A DNA stretch of 64,000 nucleotides, taken from NCBI GenBank assembly GCA_048013815.1, contig CM106586.1, positions 21,390,001-21,454,000 on the forward strand. The letters are read 5' to 3'. The position numbers and the translations under genes are program-made. Position 1 is the first letter of the stretch. Every line of letters starts with the position of its first letter. Shown one piece after another: positions 13,845-26,161 of the stretch. Source of the stretch: Setoptus koraiensis. Its lineage: Eukaryota > Animalia > Arthropoda. Below the pieces are notes generated by a model. The model worked only from the letters and a program-made list of their open reading frames with translations, was not told the origin of the DNA and searched no databases.

Positions 13845-16800
13845 CGACAACGGCAGCGGCTTTGGGGCCCGCCAGCCGAGAGCTAATATTTGTCGAGCGG
13901 GGGCGCCAGTTCACCCTTGTGATTGCAGCGTGGGCCGTGGGCAAACTCTGGTCGAGCGGCTGGCTGGCTGGTTGCAACTGTTCACAGTCGGCGAGCCAGC
14001 TCGCGGTATCTCGGTCGGCGGCATATCCGGCCAGCGTCGCTTTGTTCACTCTAGTCAGCGCTGGTTAGTTTGCTCGCTCGCTTGCCGAGCTCGCCGAGCT
14101 GGGCGGCCGGTGGCTTAGTATCGCCCGCAACAATAATGTTTGATCAGCTGCAATGTTTGATTTTTTCGCTGCCAAGATATTTAATTTTGTTTGTGTTTGG
14201 TGGCCGGTTGAGCGAGCATTCGCCCAACGGCCCGTTAGGCGGGCCCGTTAGTAACGGGCCGACAGGTGAGCAGCGGCCGAGCTGGAAACTGCTTCGAGAA
14301 CGCACCGCGTCAGCTCGCGTTACAAGCGCGACCTTCTGTCAAAACGCTGCCCGTCAAGCCGCTGGCCGGCCGCCAATGCGACGAATCGCTCCGAATCGCC
14401 GGCCCGCGTCGCAAGTCGGGCTCGCCAAGCAAGCGCGCTGCTGCAAGGGGCCCCTTCCGCAGCTAGACGGCATATTGATGAGACGGGGGCCCGTGTGACC
14501 AGCCAGGTTCGCTGTCACATTGTGGCGGCATTTGCATGACGCAAAATTCTCGCCATTTTTCTTGGCAAACACGGCACAGTTCCGCTTCGTGTGCCGGGCA
14601 CAATTGAGCTCGCCAGTTGGCCGCTGAATCAGTGCGCCAGTGCGCCAAACCAGGGTCAAGTTGGCCCCTCGATAGCATCGCCGGGGCGCCCTTTTCGCCC
14701 GTATGGTGGGGTCGCCACAGCACACCGAATATCGCGCTTCTCGCTCGGGGTGCTCGCGCCATGCCACGAGCCCCCTGAGCGCATCTCGGCAAACAAAACA
14801 AGCTGCTCGATGCGGTTCGATTCGGTGCACTTGCATTGATTGTCAGCCACTCTCATATTGACGCACGAGCCGTCATATTGTGCCGCCAATGCACGCCAAC
14901 GGGGCCCACAAAGGCCGCTCGGCGACGTGTGACAGACAGACACAATGAACGGGCCCCACCCGCCAGCCCGATGAATGCCCTTTGAATTTAGATGAAAAAC
15001 TATTATTATTTTTATTATGATAGCGCCAAGCCTGTGCCAACGAGCAAATCTGTTGGCGCTGTTGCGCGTTTTCTCGCCAGAGCTCGCCATAATGGCCCCC
15101 CACCCCCCATTCAATTTTGCCACTTACATGCGATGAGACCTAGCGACGCCAAATAGCGGCCGCATAGTAAACAGTATCCAGACAGGGCGAGATTATCGGC
15201 GGGGCCCCGGCGCGTTGCTTTGGCAGTTTGGCTGCTTTGGCACACACACTCACTTAGGATTAGTATCTGGGTGGCAAATCGTAGAATTTATTCAATTGTC
15301 AGCTAGCGAACGCCGGCCTCTAAACGGCCAACCAAAGAAAAGAGCCAGCCAGCAAAAGAATGATATTAACTACTGGAAATGGCGCCACAAGACAACCGAC
15401 AGCTCCGATTGCGATTATTTTTCGAACGCGCGCCAGCCATCAAGTCGCGCGCGCGAGGTGCCCAAAACAAGTAAATACTATTAAATATCAGTCGGCCAGT
15501 TTGCAACTACACGCCAGGCATCCAGTTGTTGCAGTATCGCTCGTCCTCTCGAGCCACTCTTCCATGGCACGGTATTTATACTATCCACTGTAGGATATCC
15601 AGGCAGCGATAGTGCGCCATTTAGCCAATACAATGGGGGCCCGCAGTACAGATATTTATAGTGCTCGCCGAGCAGAGAGCCGGAGTTTGCTTCACTTGGC
15701 TTAGTTTGATTGGCAGCACCAGAAGCACCACGGGATAATAGCTTCAGATGAGCAACTGTTATTGATGTTCTTTTCTCACCCTTTCAAACATTTCGATCAT
15801 TTCTTCCGTTTTCATTGTTCTTTCGTTATTTATAGCCATTTTCACTTATTCGCGAAGGTTGGATATTTTGTTTCCATATTGCCACTGCCCATACTGCCAC
15901 TTTGTTCGCCAACCGTTTGCATGTATCCATCTCATGCATGCGGCAAGTCCGCTCGAGGTACGGTCGCGATAAGTCCCTCAGTTGGCACTGCCAACATTTT
16001 TTTCTGAAAAATCGCCATGCCTCTCGCTGCGTGCTCAACAACACATGTGCACGAAAAAAAAAAACATTCAATTGGGGCTCCTGGCTAGCGGTGAAACGAG
16101 CCTGCTCACTGGTGACGGGCTGGGCCTCCCAGGAGCCCTCAAAGGAGCTAATGGAGGTATAATGGTTTCGATTGTCGTCCGCGATGCCTTTCAAAAGAGC
16201 ACATCATGCAAAATCGACAAATTATAGTGATTTTAATGAGAACTCACTGCCTAGTTTAATTCAATCGTTTCTGACGAAATTCTCGCTATTAGCGACAATT
16301 GAAGCAGGCGAAACGAGTTAAAAATCGATCGTTTTCTCGATGTTCGGATGTTATGGATAACTGAATGGTATATTGCCCGAAATTTTGTGGATCTCGCACT
16401 TGAGCGAATATTGAATGGAAATAATGTCTGACATGCCGCCGCTCTCACCGAAATCATCCGCAGTAGGTGATTTTAATCCGATTACTGATACCGAAAATCG
16501 ATCGAGCATTTTTCCGGGAAAGTTTTGTGAGAAAACGGGTTTTTCTTTCCTTTCGAAATGAGGGGCGCACATTGGCGCGCTATGAATAATACATCGCGTT
16601 CGTTATTTAAAAAAAGAAAAGCTCACTTGGCAATTTTGCGGGTGGCCAATTTCAGTAAAATTGCGAAAGCCAGCGTGAGAATGGCAACGCGGCTTGGGAA
16701 CAGAAAAAAAAAGAACGAAAAAGTTTGTTTTTCGGATGTCGGCCAACGGAAAAAAGGAATTCACAGCTCGAGGAGCCCACGTCCGCCGCGGCGAAATGCG

Positions 16801-19800
16801 CATTTTCGAAAGGGGAAAACCTATTCGCAAGACAGCACAATCGATTTCTAGTGAAAAAGCGATTTCGCTCCAAAATACAACCACAGATTCCGGCGCCCTG
16901 ATTGTAGCGGCTGCGCCCAACGGCCAGTGGGCCCGCAAATCGAGGGCGTGGCCACAGTTCGGACGGGTTATTTGGGTGCCTGTTATGGCGCTAACTAGAT
17001 CTAGTCTGCTGAATAGCTGGCTGAAAATCTATTTAGCAGCCAGTGCTCGCTGTTCGCGGCCGCTAAATAGAGCGCGCGGGGCCCGCACGCGACCGATGCC
17101 GGAAACGCGTGGCTCTCGAGGCGTTATTTTGATCGATTCGACTAGATTAAGCCGACCATCCGTGCTAAACTATTCGCTGCGGAGAGAATGAGACAATTTC
17201 GATGGGATCTGTCGAAGCTGTTTAGATAAGACCCGGCCGCCCGCGTGTCGCCCAGTTGAGCAACCCGGTGAGCCGATGCAAATGCGATCGCCAATCGCAC
17301 GACAGCGCGCAATGGAAAATTGTTCATTTGTGGGTGGGGGGGGGGGGCACATTCGAAATATGCTCGATTGGCAGCCGGCGAACATTGGCAGACATACCCT
17401 TCGGGCGGCCCGCGGGCATGCTAATGATACGCGGCGCGGCGGCGCCGCTGCTGTTGGCCGGTATTCGGAAATTATCAGCCAGCGCGATTGTTTGCATTTG
17501 AGTGTGACATCGTGATTTGCCACGAGCACAATTTTAATTTATTTCCACTGGGGCGCCCGCGCTAACCGCCGTCTAGGGACGCACAGTGATACAGTGGAGA
17601 CAGCGGGCCACTGAATGGTTTTTGGCTGGTTCGAGCCGAGCCGATTCGAACCGAGCTGTCTGTGTTGTTTGTCATAAGTGGCCAATCATCGTGGGGCCCG
17701 ATGTGATCAATAACATAACAAGACTTTCGGCGTCACTCGTGTCCGCAGTGGCGCTGATTGGGTGCAGCTGACCCGCTGCAGCAATGGGCTGGTCAGCAAT
17801 AGTCAGCCACATGATATATCGCTCGCAAGCTCGCAAACATGGCCTGTGATTTATGAAGCCTCATTGTGCGCTGCTGGCTTCGAAATTAATTCGCCCTCCT
17901 CCCCCCAGCATGTACTTTACTTTTTGTACCTGAACTCTAGCGCTTCACTGAACTGCGGGCCCGCTGCACTAAGCCGCGCCGCGCCGCGCCCAACGACGTG
18001 CCGGTGGACATACAATGAGCGCAAATGCATCGGCCTCTCAGTGAACGACGGCGGGCCCCAGCGCCAATATCGCACGCACTCCAATATTGGCCGGCTGGCT
18101 CGGCGGCCATGATGGCGGAATCAATTGGAGCGAAACAATTTATTTGCTGGCGCTTGTCAGTCGTGACAACGGATTGGTCTGCGCGGCGGTTAGCGGCCGC
18201 CAATTGGAAATGATCTGCGGCGCCAGTGTGGCGCGGCATTGTGCCGTGCAGCTCGTAGCAGCGCAATTGCGCAATCAAACAGTGAAAGGGCCCCAAAATG
18301 GGCCCAAATCTGCCTTGTCCGGGGCCGCAGCGTGCAACTGCTGGCCCCGGTCGCTGGCAATTGATTTGCCGGAATGCGCTGCAATGATTTGCCCGAATGC
18401 ATCGCAATGATGGACGTTGGACATCATTAAGCGGACAACAACAACATCATCATCATTGTTGTTGTTGATTGCTCTCGTTGCTGTGCTCGCGCTGGGGCCC
18501 GCCGATTATTGTTTGGGCTCGTTCGCTGCTGGCGACATAGGCCGCCGATAAAGTACAAAGTGCAATAATTCAATTCAATCACACTACCTGGCCAGTATGT
18601 GCGTGCTAAGTGCCCAGTTGGGCGACACGTAACGTGCCTCGGACGCTATAGTGCCAACTTGCGATATACATTACGCCATGTTTCGACAACTCCACTCGGC
18701 CTCAACTGACAATTTCCAACGCGGCTCCCTTATTCGCAGTCCGTTTGTATGTGTGAAATCCGTCTTTCGAAATCGCTGGCGCTGACAGCCAGTGTCAGGC
18801 GTGGCGCGCATCAATCTCGCTTTATTCTCATTCGTCTCCAAATTGCGCTCCAGCAAGCAACTTATTCAAATTAGTCAGTCTAATCATAGCCGTGCCAGAC
18901 GCACGTCCGGGGCTATCGATCGTCAGGCCGAGCACTTTGCAGCGTCGGTGCTGCAGAGGGCGCGGATTCATTTAATTTCCAGCCGGCGACAGCCAGCCGA
19001 ATTCAAACTGAGTGCAGTCTGAGTGCGAGGTGCCCCTATTAGAGAGCGCCAGCGTCACTGCTCAAACTAACGGGCCTACGCCGCTGGTCTCTGGCCACAC
19101 CTGGTCACGAATCGTAACCGAGAATGGCGACAGCGAATCGCAACAGAGAATGGCAACAAAGAATCGCGGAAAGTGAAGGATGGACGGAGCTGAGAAAGCA
19201 AGAACAGGTAATTCAATGATGGCCATAGGCCAGTCAATCGAATCTGTGCCACGACACCGCCGAGACCAATTTGTTTTTATGCAATGGTCATAATGGTCGT
19301 AAGCGCTGGCAACAATGCCAATTGCCAGATAGCCTAGGTGCGCGCAGGCACCCAACTGACCAGCTAATGATTGGGGCCAAACAGCACACAGGGTTGCAAA
19401 GATAGGATAGATCATTAATGATGAGAGCGGCCAGTAATGAAATCAGCTACTTGCAATGCACCTTGCATATCAAATCTTGTGCATGTTACATAAACTTGTT
19501 ACTGCTACTTGCGACTGCGGCTTACTCGCTCCGCCAGTGTGTGTGTGTTCATTGTAATGATACACCATTAGGGATAACAATAATAACAATAATAATAACA
19601 GTTATAATAATACCAACCATAGCAACAATGTACACTCTCTAGGGATTTAGTTCGGTTCGCTGGCAAGCTAACAACGCCGTCCGCCATACCAGAGGCAAGA
19701 CGGTTGTTGAAATTAGCGACGCCAGTCGCCCAGACCAACCGAGTGTTTTCGTATTCGTTTATAATAACAGTCAGCGCGAACGGGGCCCCCAAAACAGAGG

Positions 19801-20206
19801 CCAGAGGCAAATGACTAAGATAGGCCGTGTCGTTTTGTTCGTTGCACTTGATCACTAAATCAAAGTGTGGCTACCAAAGTCATGCTTCATTTAATTTGTA
19901 AATAGACTACCATCCGAGCCACCGTTGGCCATCCGATTGCCATTCCGTTGGGCCATGAATCGCCGAGTCGTGAGATAGCAATCGGGCTGTATCCGGGATA
20001 TAGAGTATATATCTATGAAGGGCGCTGAAAATTCCAATTCGAATTCCAATTCGAATCAACTCTATTTATTTTGTCCCCTCTTTTGTGTGCAATTTTGCCG
20101 CTTGTGCCAATCGAGCCAATTGCAACTAAGCAGCTGATTGATTTACACTGTTATTGAGACTGATACTTGCCGCCTTCGTGATTAGTGCTAACCTATTTAT
20201 CTTCTT

Positions 20207-20263
20207 CTTCTATTGTCTAACGTCATCCAACTTCTATTGTCTAACATCATCTAACTTCTATTG
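20207..20263. repeat. 24-bp tandem repeat, about 2.4 copies
   Basis: Unit CTTCTATTGTCTAACGTCATCCAA, about 70 nt upstream of the splice acceptor at 20332. Confidence 0.85.
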
Positions 20264-20332
20264 CGTCATGCCATCAATGGTCGGTTGATTCAATAAACGC
20301 CCTTATCGCCACTATTCTTTATGGTTATTCAG

Positions 20333-20858
20333 TGGAACAAAACGACGACAGCGACAATAGATTCAATTACAGAATAGGATCGCCTGGTGCAAACGCAACA
20401 TCAACACAAAGTGCTGAAGATAAGGATATCGCTAGGATAAGATTGGAAAATGATGCGCTAGTGGAAGAATTCAAGCACTTGCTTAATCTCGAATATGATG
20501 ACGATATTGAGCCAGTCAAGCCGACATCTAGTGATACAAATAGTCGCCAAGGGAACATAGCAGATATGCAAAGAAGCACTAATGGCATGTTGAATCATCT
20601 CAGACACTATTACCAGTTATCATCACCGTTGAGGCCTCTGTCTAAGCAAGACACAACCACCGCCGCTAGTCTGAATGACGATGAGGATGACGACGACGAC
20701 AACGATGACGTAGCCGAAAGTGGCTCGTTGGACAGCCCACACAACTATGCTGATTCCGCCGATGCGGTCGGGGCCTCGGGCAAGCACATGGTACCCGCAG
20801 AGAGGCTCATGGCACGGCGTCATCTAAGCTTATCAAGTGGCAATATCCGACATGACGC

Positions 20859-20890
<32 letters not shown>

Positions 20891-22575
20891 ACACTGATGT
20901 CAGTAGTGGTGGTAGCAGTGGCAGAGTTGATCCATTTAATTACCGCCGCCGTCAGGACGAATATGAGCGAGACCTGACTCATTTGCTGCATACATCTGCA
21001 GGCACAACAACAACAACCAACAGCCAATCTATTCCTGACACATTCAATTATGATCATAATGACAACAATGATAATGTAAATTTAGCACGAGTTCCGTCCC
21101 AAAAGAGACTTGATTGGCAACAACAACAATACGACAATACATTGTCGTCCAATTCCAACACACAGCTCGCCACTAACCACAATAGCCCCATTTATACAAC
21201 TTGCGCAGAGATGCCCGATTGCGAATCGGGCGGAATTTGCGTTGTGGACCAATTAGAGGAAGCGGATATTTTTTATAGTTACTACAATATTAGTTACAAT
21301 GATATCAGGCAAAACACACTTGCTAGGTGCCGTTGTCCCATAGGCCGTGGAGGACTACTATGCAATAAGCGTAAGTAGTTGTTTAAATGGCAACAGTTAT
21401 CATGACTCAATCTTTATCCATTGCAAAAATGATTTTTACTAATTAACACTGTAACCAAACCCACTCCGATCAATCAATATAGCCGTACAAGTGAGGATAC
21501 CCAATTTTCGCAATGAATCCTACCTAGCGCTACCAATGATCGATGGTGAGTAGTGCAAGCACTATCAATCTAAAGCGATTTGATCATTCTCTTCAAGAAG
21601 TCGTTTATAACTAAGAATTCTTTTTGTCTCTATCTATAGATGAAATGTTGGACGAGCTATTGATTGAGTTTAAGCCTTCACTTATTCGCGAGTCGCTCAT
21701 ACTTTATACCGATTTGAACGAGCAGTTTTTGGCCCTCATAATGGACTCGAACGGACAGATTGAACTGAGGTATGCGAAACAATAAACATCATGTCTCACA
21801 TATGGCCTAATGCTGGACTGATTTTTTGCTAATATTTTGATTATCTTGTCTATTTGTCTCTATATTGCAGATTCCATAATGCAGAGGATAAAAGCGATGA
21901 TATTATCTCAATTCGAAGCTTAGCTCAGGTTAAATTATTGCAATGGAATAAGCTTATGATAACCAGCCTAGAGATTGATCAATTAGAAGAAAAGATGAAG
22001 CAAGATTTTGATAAACTTGACATAGTAATATCACTGGCCTCGCTTGCTAGAACATGGTTGGATAACGAAAACAGCGACATTGATGTGAATAAATTTGCAT
22101 CCGGTACAAGAACGGGAAAAGTATCCAGATCACCTCTCATTCTCAATCACAAATCAGTAACACAAAGTGACCAAATTGATTCTCTTGCCAGAACAAGACC
22201 AAAGATATTTAGACCTCTCAACGGCGAAAAGCTTGAGGAGAAGGTCACTCTGAGGCAACTTTTTGTCGGCGGATCACCCAATCTGGCCAGCGTCAAGAAA
22301 CGTCTCTCCATTAATTCTGGATTCAATGGTTGTGTGAGACAGTTGAGGCTCAATGAAAGATACTACAATTTCAGATCGGATAACCATGGCGACAGTTTAG
22401 ATGGATTTGATATAGGTATGAATACTTTTTGGATACTATCATAAATTGACATAATACTCTAGTGCACTATATCATTTAAGAAACTTTCTCTAATCTTCTG
22501 ATTATTTTGCTTTACCCTACTAATTGTTGAATCTTAGATGAATGTTCCCGCGCCACACAAATCAAGGACGGCTGA
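20333..22575 (+). CDS. 3' exons of the pikachurin/SP2353-like gene (low-complexity spacer, EGF, one laminin G domain)
   Basis: Phase-consistent GT-AG exons: 20333-21370, 21483-21545, 21640-21769, 21871-22415, 22538-22575. EGF: CAEMPDCESGGICV...CRCPIGRGGLLC. LamG motifs: PNFRNESYLALP, IEFKP, LFVGG, GFNGCVRQLRLN, GDSLDGFDIDEC. Stop TGA at 22573-22575. Confidence 0.85.
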
Positions 22576-22851
22576 ATTCATACATTGAAGACTCCGAAAG
22601 TTGAGTCATGGATCCAACAATTAAATCACCTGCTGTTAAGTGTGCTGCAATTGCACCAATGTATTCAATGTATGCATACTCTGTAATAATTTGTCGATAA
22701 AATGTATATTGATTTTTGATTGCAAGTAAAAATGTCAATCACTGGAGGAGCTAGTCGAGTTGTATTGTATTTTTTTATTGATTCATTACGTTTTGCATGC
22801 GTTGACGCAAAGGCATTGTGACCAATGAATTATCGATATATGAGTATAATA

Positions 22852-24063
22852 CTATTCAAATTTTGGAGTGGCCGTTGCATTAGGAACAACTATTTCGCAC
22901 GTTATGATGTTGGAGCCTTCCTTGTCTTTGGAGGTATAAAGTTGATGGTCATCATGGTATGCTCGTTCCATTATATTGTCTTGATTCTTAAAAAATAGCT
23001 TACTACCCTCAGTAAGAGTGGGCAATTCTCTTTTCAAGTCGCGCAATGTGCTCGAATTTAGTTTGAGTAGGTAAGAATCTGTGCTTGTCTTCTTGTTGCC
23101 ATCAAATTCTACATAGGTACAAATGGCCTTGACGGGTTCTGTCCGCCTGGCAGTGTCATTTTTGGCCTTCTTGAGACTTCGGGCTGGCGCTGGCTTAGGC
23201 TTGAAATGATTATGGAAGTGCATGTCCAATAGATCGCGAGCGAGTTCATTGTGGCAGTTGGGCATGTCCAAGTTGTGTTTGGGGCGTTTCAAGGCACTGT
23301 CACTCTTGAGGGCACGTAATTTGGCCACAACCTTCTCTATGAACCTCTGCTGGTCTTTTGAGTCAGCCAGGTTGTGTTGTTGTTGTGATAGAGGTCTCGG
23401 CTGGTCGGCACCGCTGGCAGTGGAGTGGTCCAACAAGTGAGGCTCGTTGTGTGCAACATGTTGCTGTTGTCTGGCTTGGCTGTTTAGTTGCTGCTGTCTG
23501 TAGTTGTTGGCTGTTGTGCTGGGATAAGATTGCTGTTGTTGTTGCTGTTGTTGATATGGTGATGTGTGTTGTTGTTTTGGCTGGCTGGTGGCAGCGGCGC
23601 TGCTGCGATTGTATATTGTTTGTTGTTGCCTAGGCGGCTGGGCCAGTTCGTTGTAACAAGGCGGCGGGCGTCCCTCCTTGAGATCGGTGGTTTGTTTAGA
23701 GCCTGGCAGCATGGTCCTTTGGGCCGGTTTTGGTTGCGGCTGGGAAAAGTGTTGCAGTTTGCTGCTGTTGTAGTGCATCTGATAGTCGAACTGGGGCTCA
23801 GCGCACATGCTGTAGTCCTTGGGTCGGTCGAGCACGTTGCTGCGATCGGACGACATGATTCTTAATTCTGCAATCAATTCTTCTTGATAATTCTTGATGA
23901 TGGGCGAAGATTGCGTGAGAAATGCGTGAGAAATGGACTGGCGAGCTGAGGCGACGCTGGCCGATCGGCTGTCGACGAATATGAGGCGATATTTCGCACG
24001 ATGCTTGGTCGGCGGTCTAGTGGGCGCACGTTCGCTCAAAACTGAACTGAATTTGTGTGCCAA
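22852..24063 (-). CDS. Axin: Divergent Axin-like protein with C-terminal DIX-like domain; 5' end unresolved
   Basis: DQQRFIEKVVAKLRALK resembles the Axin GSK3-binding helix EPQKFAEELIHRLEAV. RDLLDMHF resembles the beta-catenin-binding ESILDEHV. The C-terminal YLLKLNSSTLRDLKRELP...KLFFK...DD segment is DIX-like. Motif order matches Axin. The ORF starts at TTG, so an upstream exon is likely. Confidence 0.65.
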   Translation of the reverse strand: MAHKFSSVLSERAPTRPPTKHRAKYRLIFVDSRSASVASARQSISHAFLTQSSPIIKNYQEELIAELRIMSSDRSNVLDRPKDYSMCAEPQFDYQMHYNSSKLQHFSQPQPKPAQRTMLPGSKQTTDLKEGRPPPCYNELAQPPRQQQTIYNRSSAAATSQPKQQHTSPYQQQQQQQQSYPSTTANNYRQQQLNSQARQQQHVAHNEPHLLDHSTASGADQPRPLSQQQHNLADSKDQQRFIEKVVAKLRALKSDSALKRPKHNLDMPNCHNELARDLLDMHFHNHFKPKPAPARSLKKAKNDTARRTEPVKAICTYVEFDGNKKTSTDSYLLKLNSSTLRDLKRELPTLTEGSKLFFKNQDNIMERAYHDDHQLYTSKDKEGSNIITCEIVVPNATATPKFE

Positions 24064-24683
24064 GGACGGGCCTCAATGGGACGGGCAGTGGCTCGGCGAG
24101 TGGGGCGACGATAATAATAATTAGTCAAGTGTGTCAGCAACAGGCTGTTAGTGGCGCTGCGGAGCCACTTGGTGTGGCCGTTGTGGCAAGTGCAAGTGTT
24201 ATATTGTGCTGCGCTCACACAAGATCGAACATAAAGAAGAGCGAGAGAACAAAACATTCCATCGCACACACACTCACACTCACACTCGATGCGACAGGCA
24301 GCCGTGTGCGGCTTTGGCCAAACGCACACACAATAAAACATTCCCGAGCGTTTGTGTGTGCGTGCGTCAATCTTTGTTCATGATGAAACTTGCTAGGCCA
24401 GCCAGCCGCTGGCTGCCAGCGAGCCAATGGGCGCGCGGACACCCTGTACGCGCGCACGGTGCACCGCTCAGCACCAGTCACTCGCATCATACTAGCACCA
24501 GTCGCTAGTATTGGCAGTATTAGCGGTATTAGTGGCAGTGTGTGCAGCGTGTGTCTGCGGCACGGTGCACGGTGCGCCGTTCCAGTGCACAACGATGACA
24601 ACATGCAGCAACAAGCATAGCAACAGCGCACTGCAGCTCGCCAACATTCGGCCACAAAGTTCGCTCCTCGGCCGAGCGTTCGA

Positions 24684-24761
24684 TTTGCGCTGCACTGGGC
24701 ATTGGGTTTGCGCTGCACTGGGCATTGGGTTTGCGCTGCATTGGGCATTGGATTTGCGCTG
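24684..24761. repeat. 23-bp tandem repeat, about 3.4 copies
   Basis: Unit TTTGCGCTGCACTGGGCATTGGG. Confidence 0.9.
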
Positions 24762-25101
24762 GCCGCGATTCGACGCGCGCCGGCGCATCCCATTGGCCAC
24801 CATCTTCATCGGCCGCCGATGATCGGCGTGCTCGGCACCATCTTTGGTTCGCCCGTCGGCCTATATATAATACATATAATATATACAATATATTGGTGCG
24901 TGCGTCCGCCGAACCAGCGCCGCTAAGCCGTGTGCGCCTGTTTCCTTTCGCCGCCGGCCGCTCTCTCATGGCGCTGCCGTGATCACAGGCAGCAACAGGC
25001 GCACAGCGCGCACTCACCGACGGCCGGCTATTATCGTGCCACTGGTCCTTTGTGGGCGATTCCGCGCCGCCATTATTATTGGCTCTCGCTGTTTGCCAAT
25101 T

Positions 25102-25154
25102 GCTCAAAAGTTCGCTGCGGCTCACAAGTTCGCTGCGGCTCAAAGTTCGCTGCG
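25102..25154. repeat. 18-bp tandem repeat, 3 copies
   Basis: Unit GCTCAAAAGTTCGCTGCG with variants. Confidence 0.85.
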
Positions 25155-26161
25155 ACCGAAGCCCACGCGCGACTCTGCCATCTCTGGCGTATCTCTGCCA
25201 CATCGCTGCTATAACTCTGCTATATCTCCGACGCGTCTTTGTGTATCTGGCGAGAAATGGAAATAAAATGAGAGCCAGCGCGGCCGTCACAGATCAAATG
25301 AAGAGCAGCGCCACAACATTTATGTGTTGGCCGCACGACAGAGAAGGTGCCGCCCGCTCGCTCGCATCAGCTACACGACACAGCGGCCATTGAAAATTGC
25401 AAATCGAATGCACTGTCTGTGTGCCGAGTGGCCCATGTGGCCAAACTTGCAAGTTCGAGGCTCGAAGAACCCGCTTTCAAGTTCGAACACACATGTAGCG
25501 CGCGGCATCGCTGGTCGGCCGCCAGCAACTTGTCCAATGGCCATTCGAATATCGCGAAACACGCACAAAGTCCGTGTGCCCCTTCATTAGTTGCAGCATG
25601 TAAGTGCGCGCCGACCTGATAAATTACCTGCTAAATTAGCCTAACATCATCATCGTCATCTGCATACATTGTGATCAGTGGCCATTCAACAGAATCTTGC
25701 TCGCCAAGCAATGCAAGCGCATCAACGCCAATCGGTCCGGCCCGCAGCTTGCTCGTGCAAGCTCTCAGGGCACCTGTTGTGTCGCGGCGCAAACGGCGCG
25801 CCGTTGTTCGATGCACGACACGGCGCAAGCACATGCTGCTATTTTGCGGTATTGATTTCAGCCTCACTACATGACATCGTGACATGCATGCGCTGATGCG
25901 TCAAGCTACACAGATTAATCAATCTAAAAATATACCTGGGCCATGGAACAATGTCATGTACAACTTGTGAGACAAATGTCACAAAACGCTCTCATGTGAT
26001 ACATCGTGCCAATATCGCAACATATAGCTATTTTGTTTTGCATTAGACGCTACGCTTTTCAGTTGACGCAAAGTATGATAGCAAAGTAGTTGACGCTAGT
26101 CAGTAATTTTCAGTAAACAACTGATTCTTTACTATATTGCATCATCAGTAACTCAATCAAC

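Noticed and set aside
15700-16900. AT-richer segment inside the intron with a MITE or transposon-like feel (similar at 5150-5450 and 60850-61500)
   Set aside because: No terminal inverted repeats, target-site duplication, transposase motif or second copy could be identified.
24529-25290. 253-aa minus-strand ORF as an upstream Axin exon
   Set aside because: No RGS or tankyrase-binding motif, and partly made of the 23-bp and 18-bp tandem repeats.
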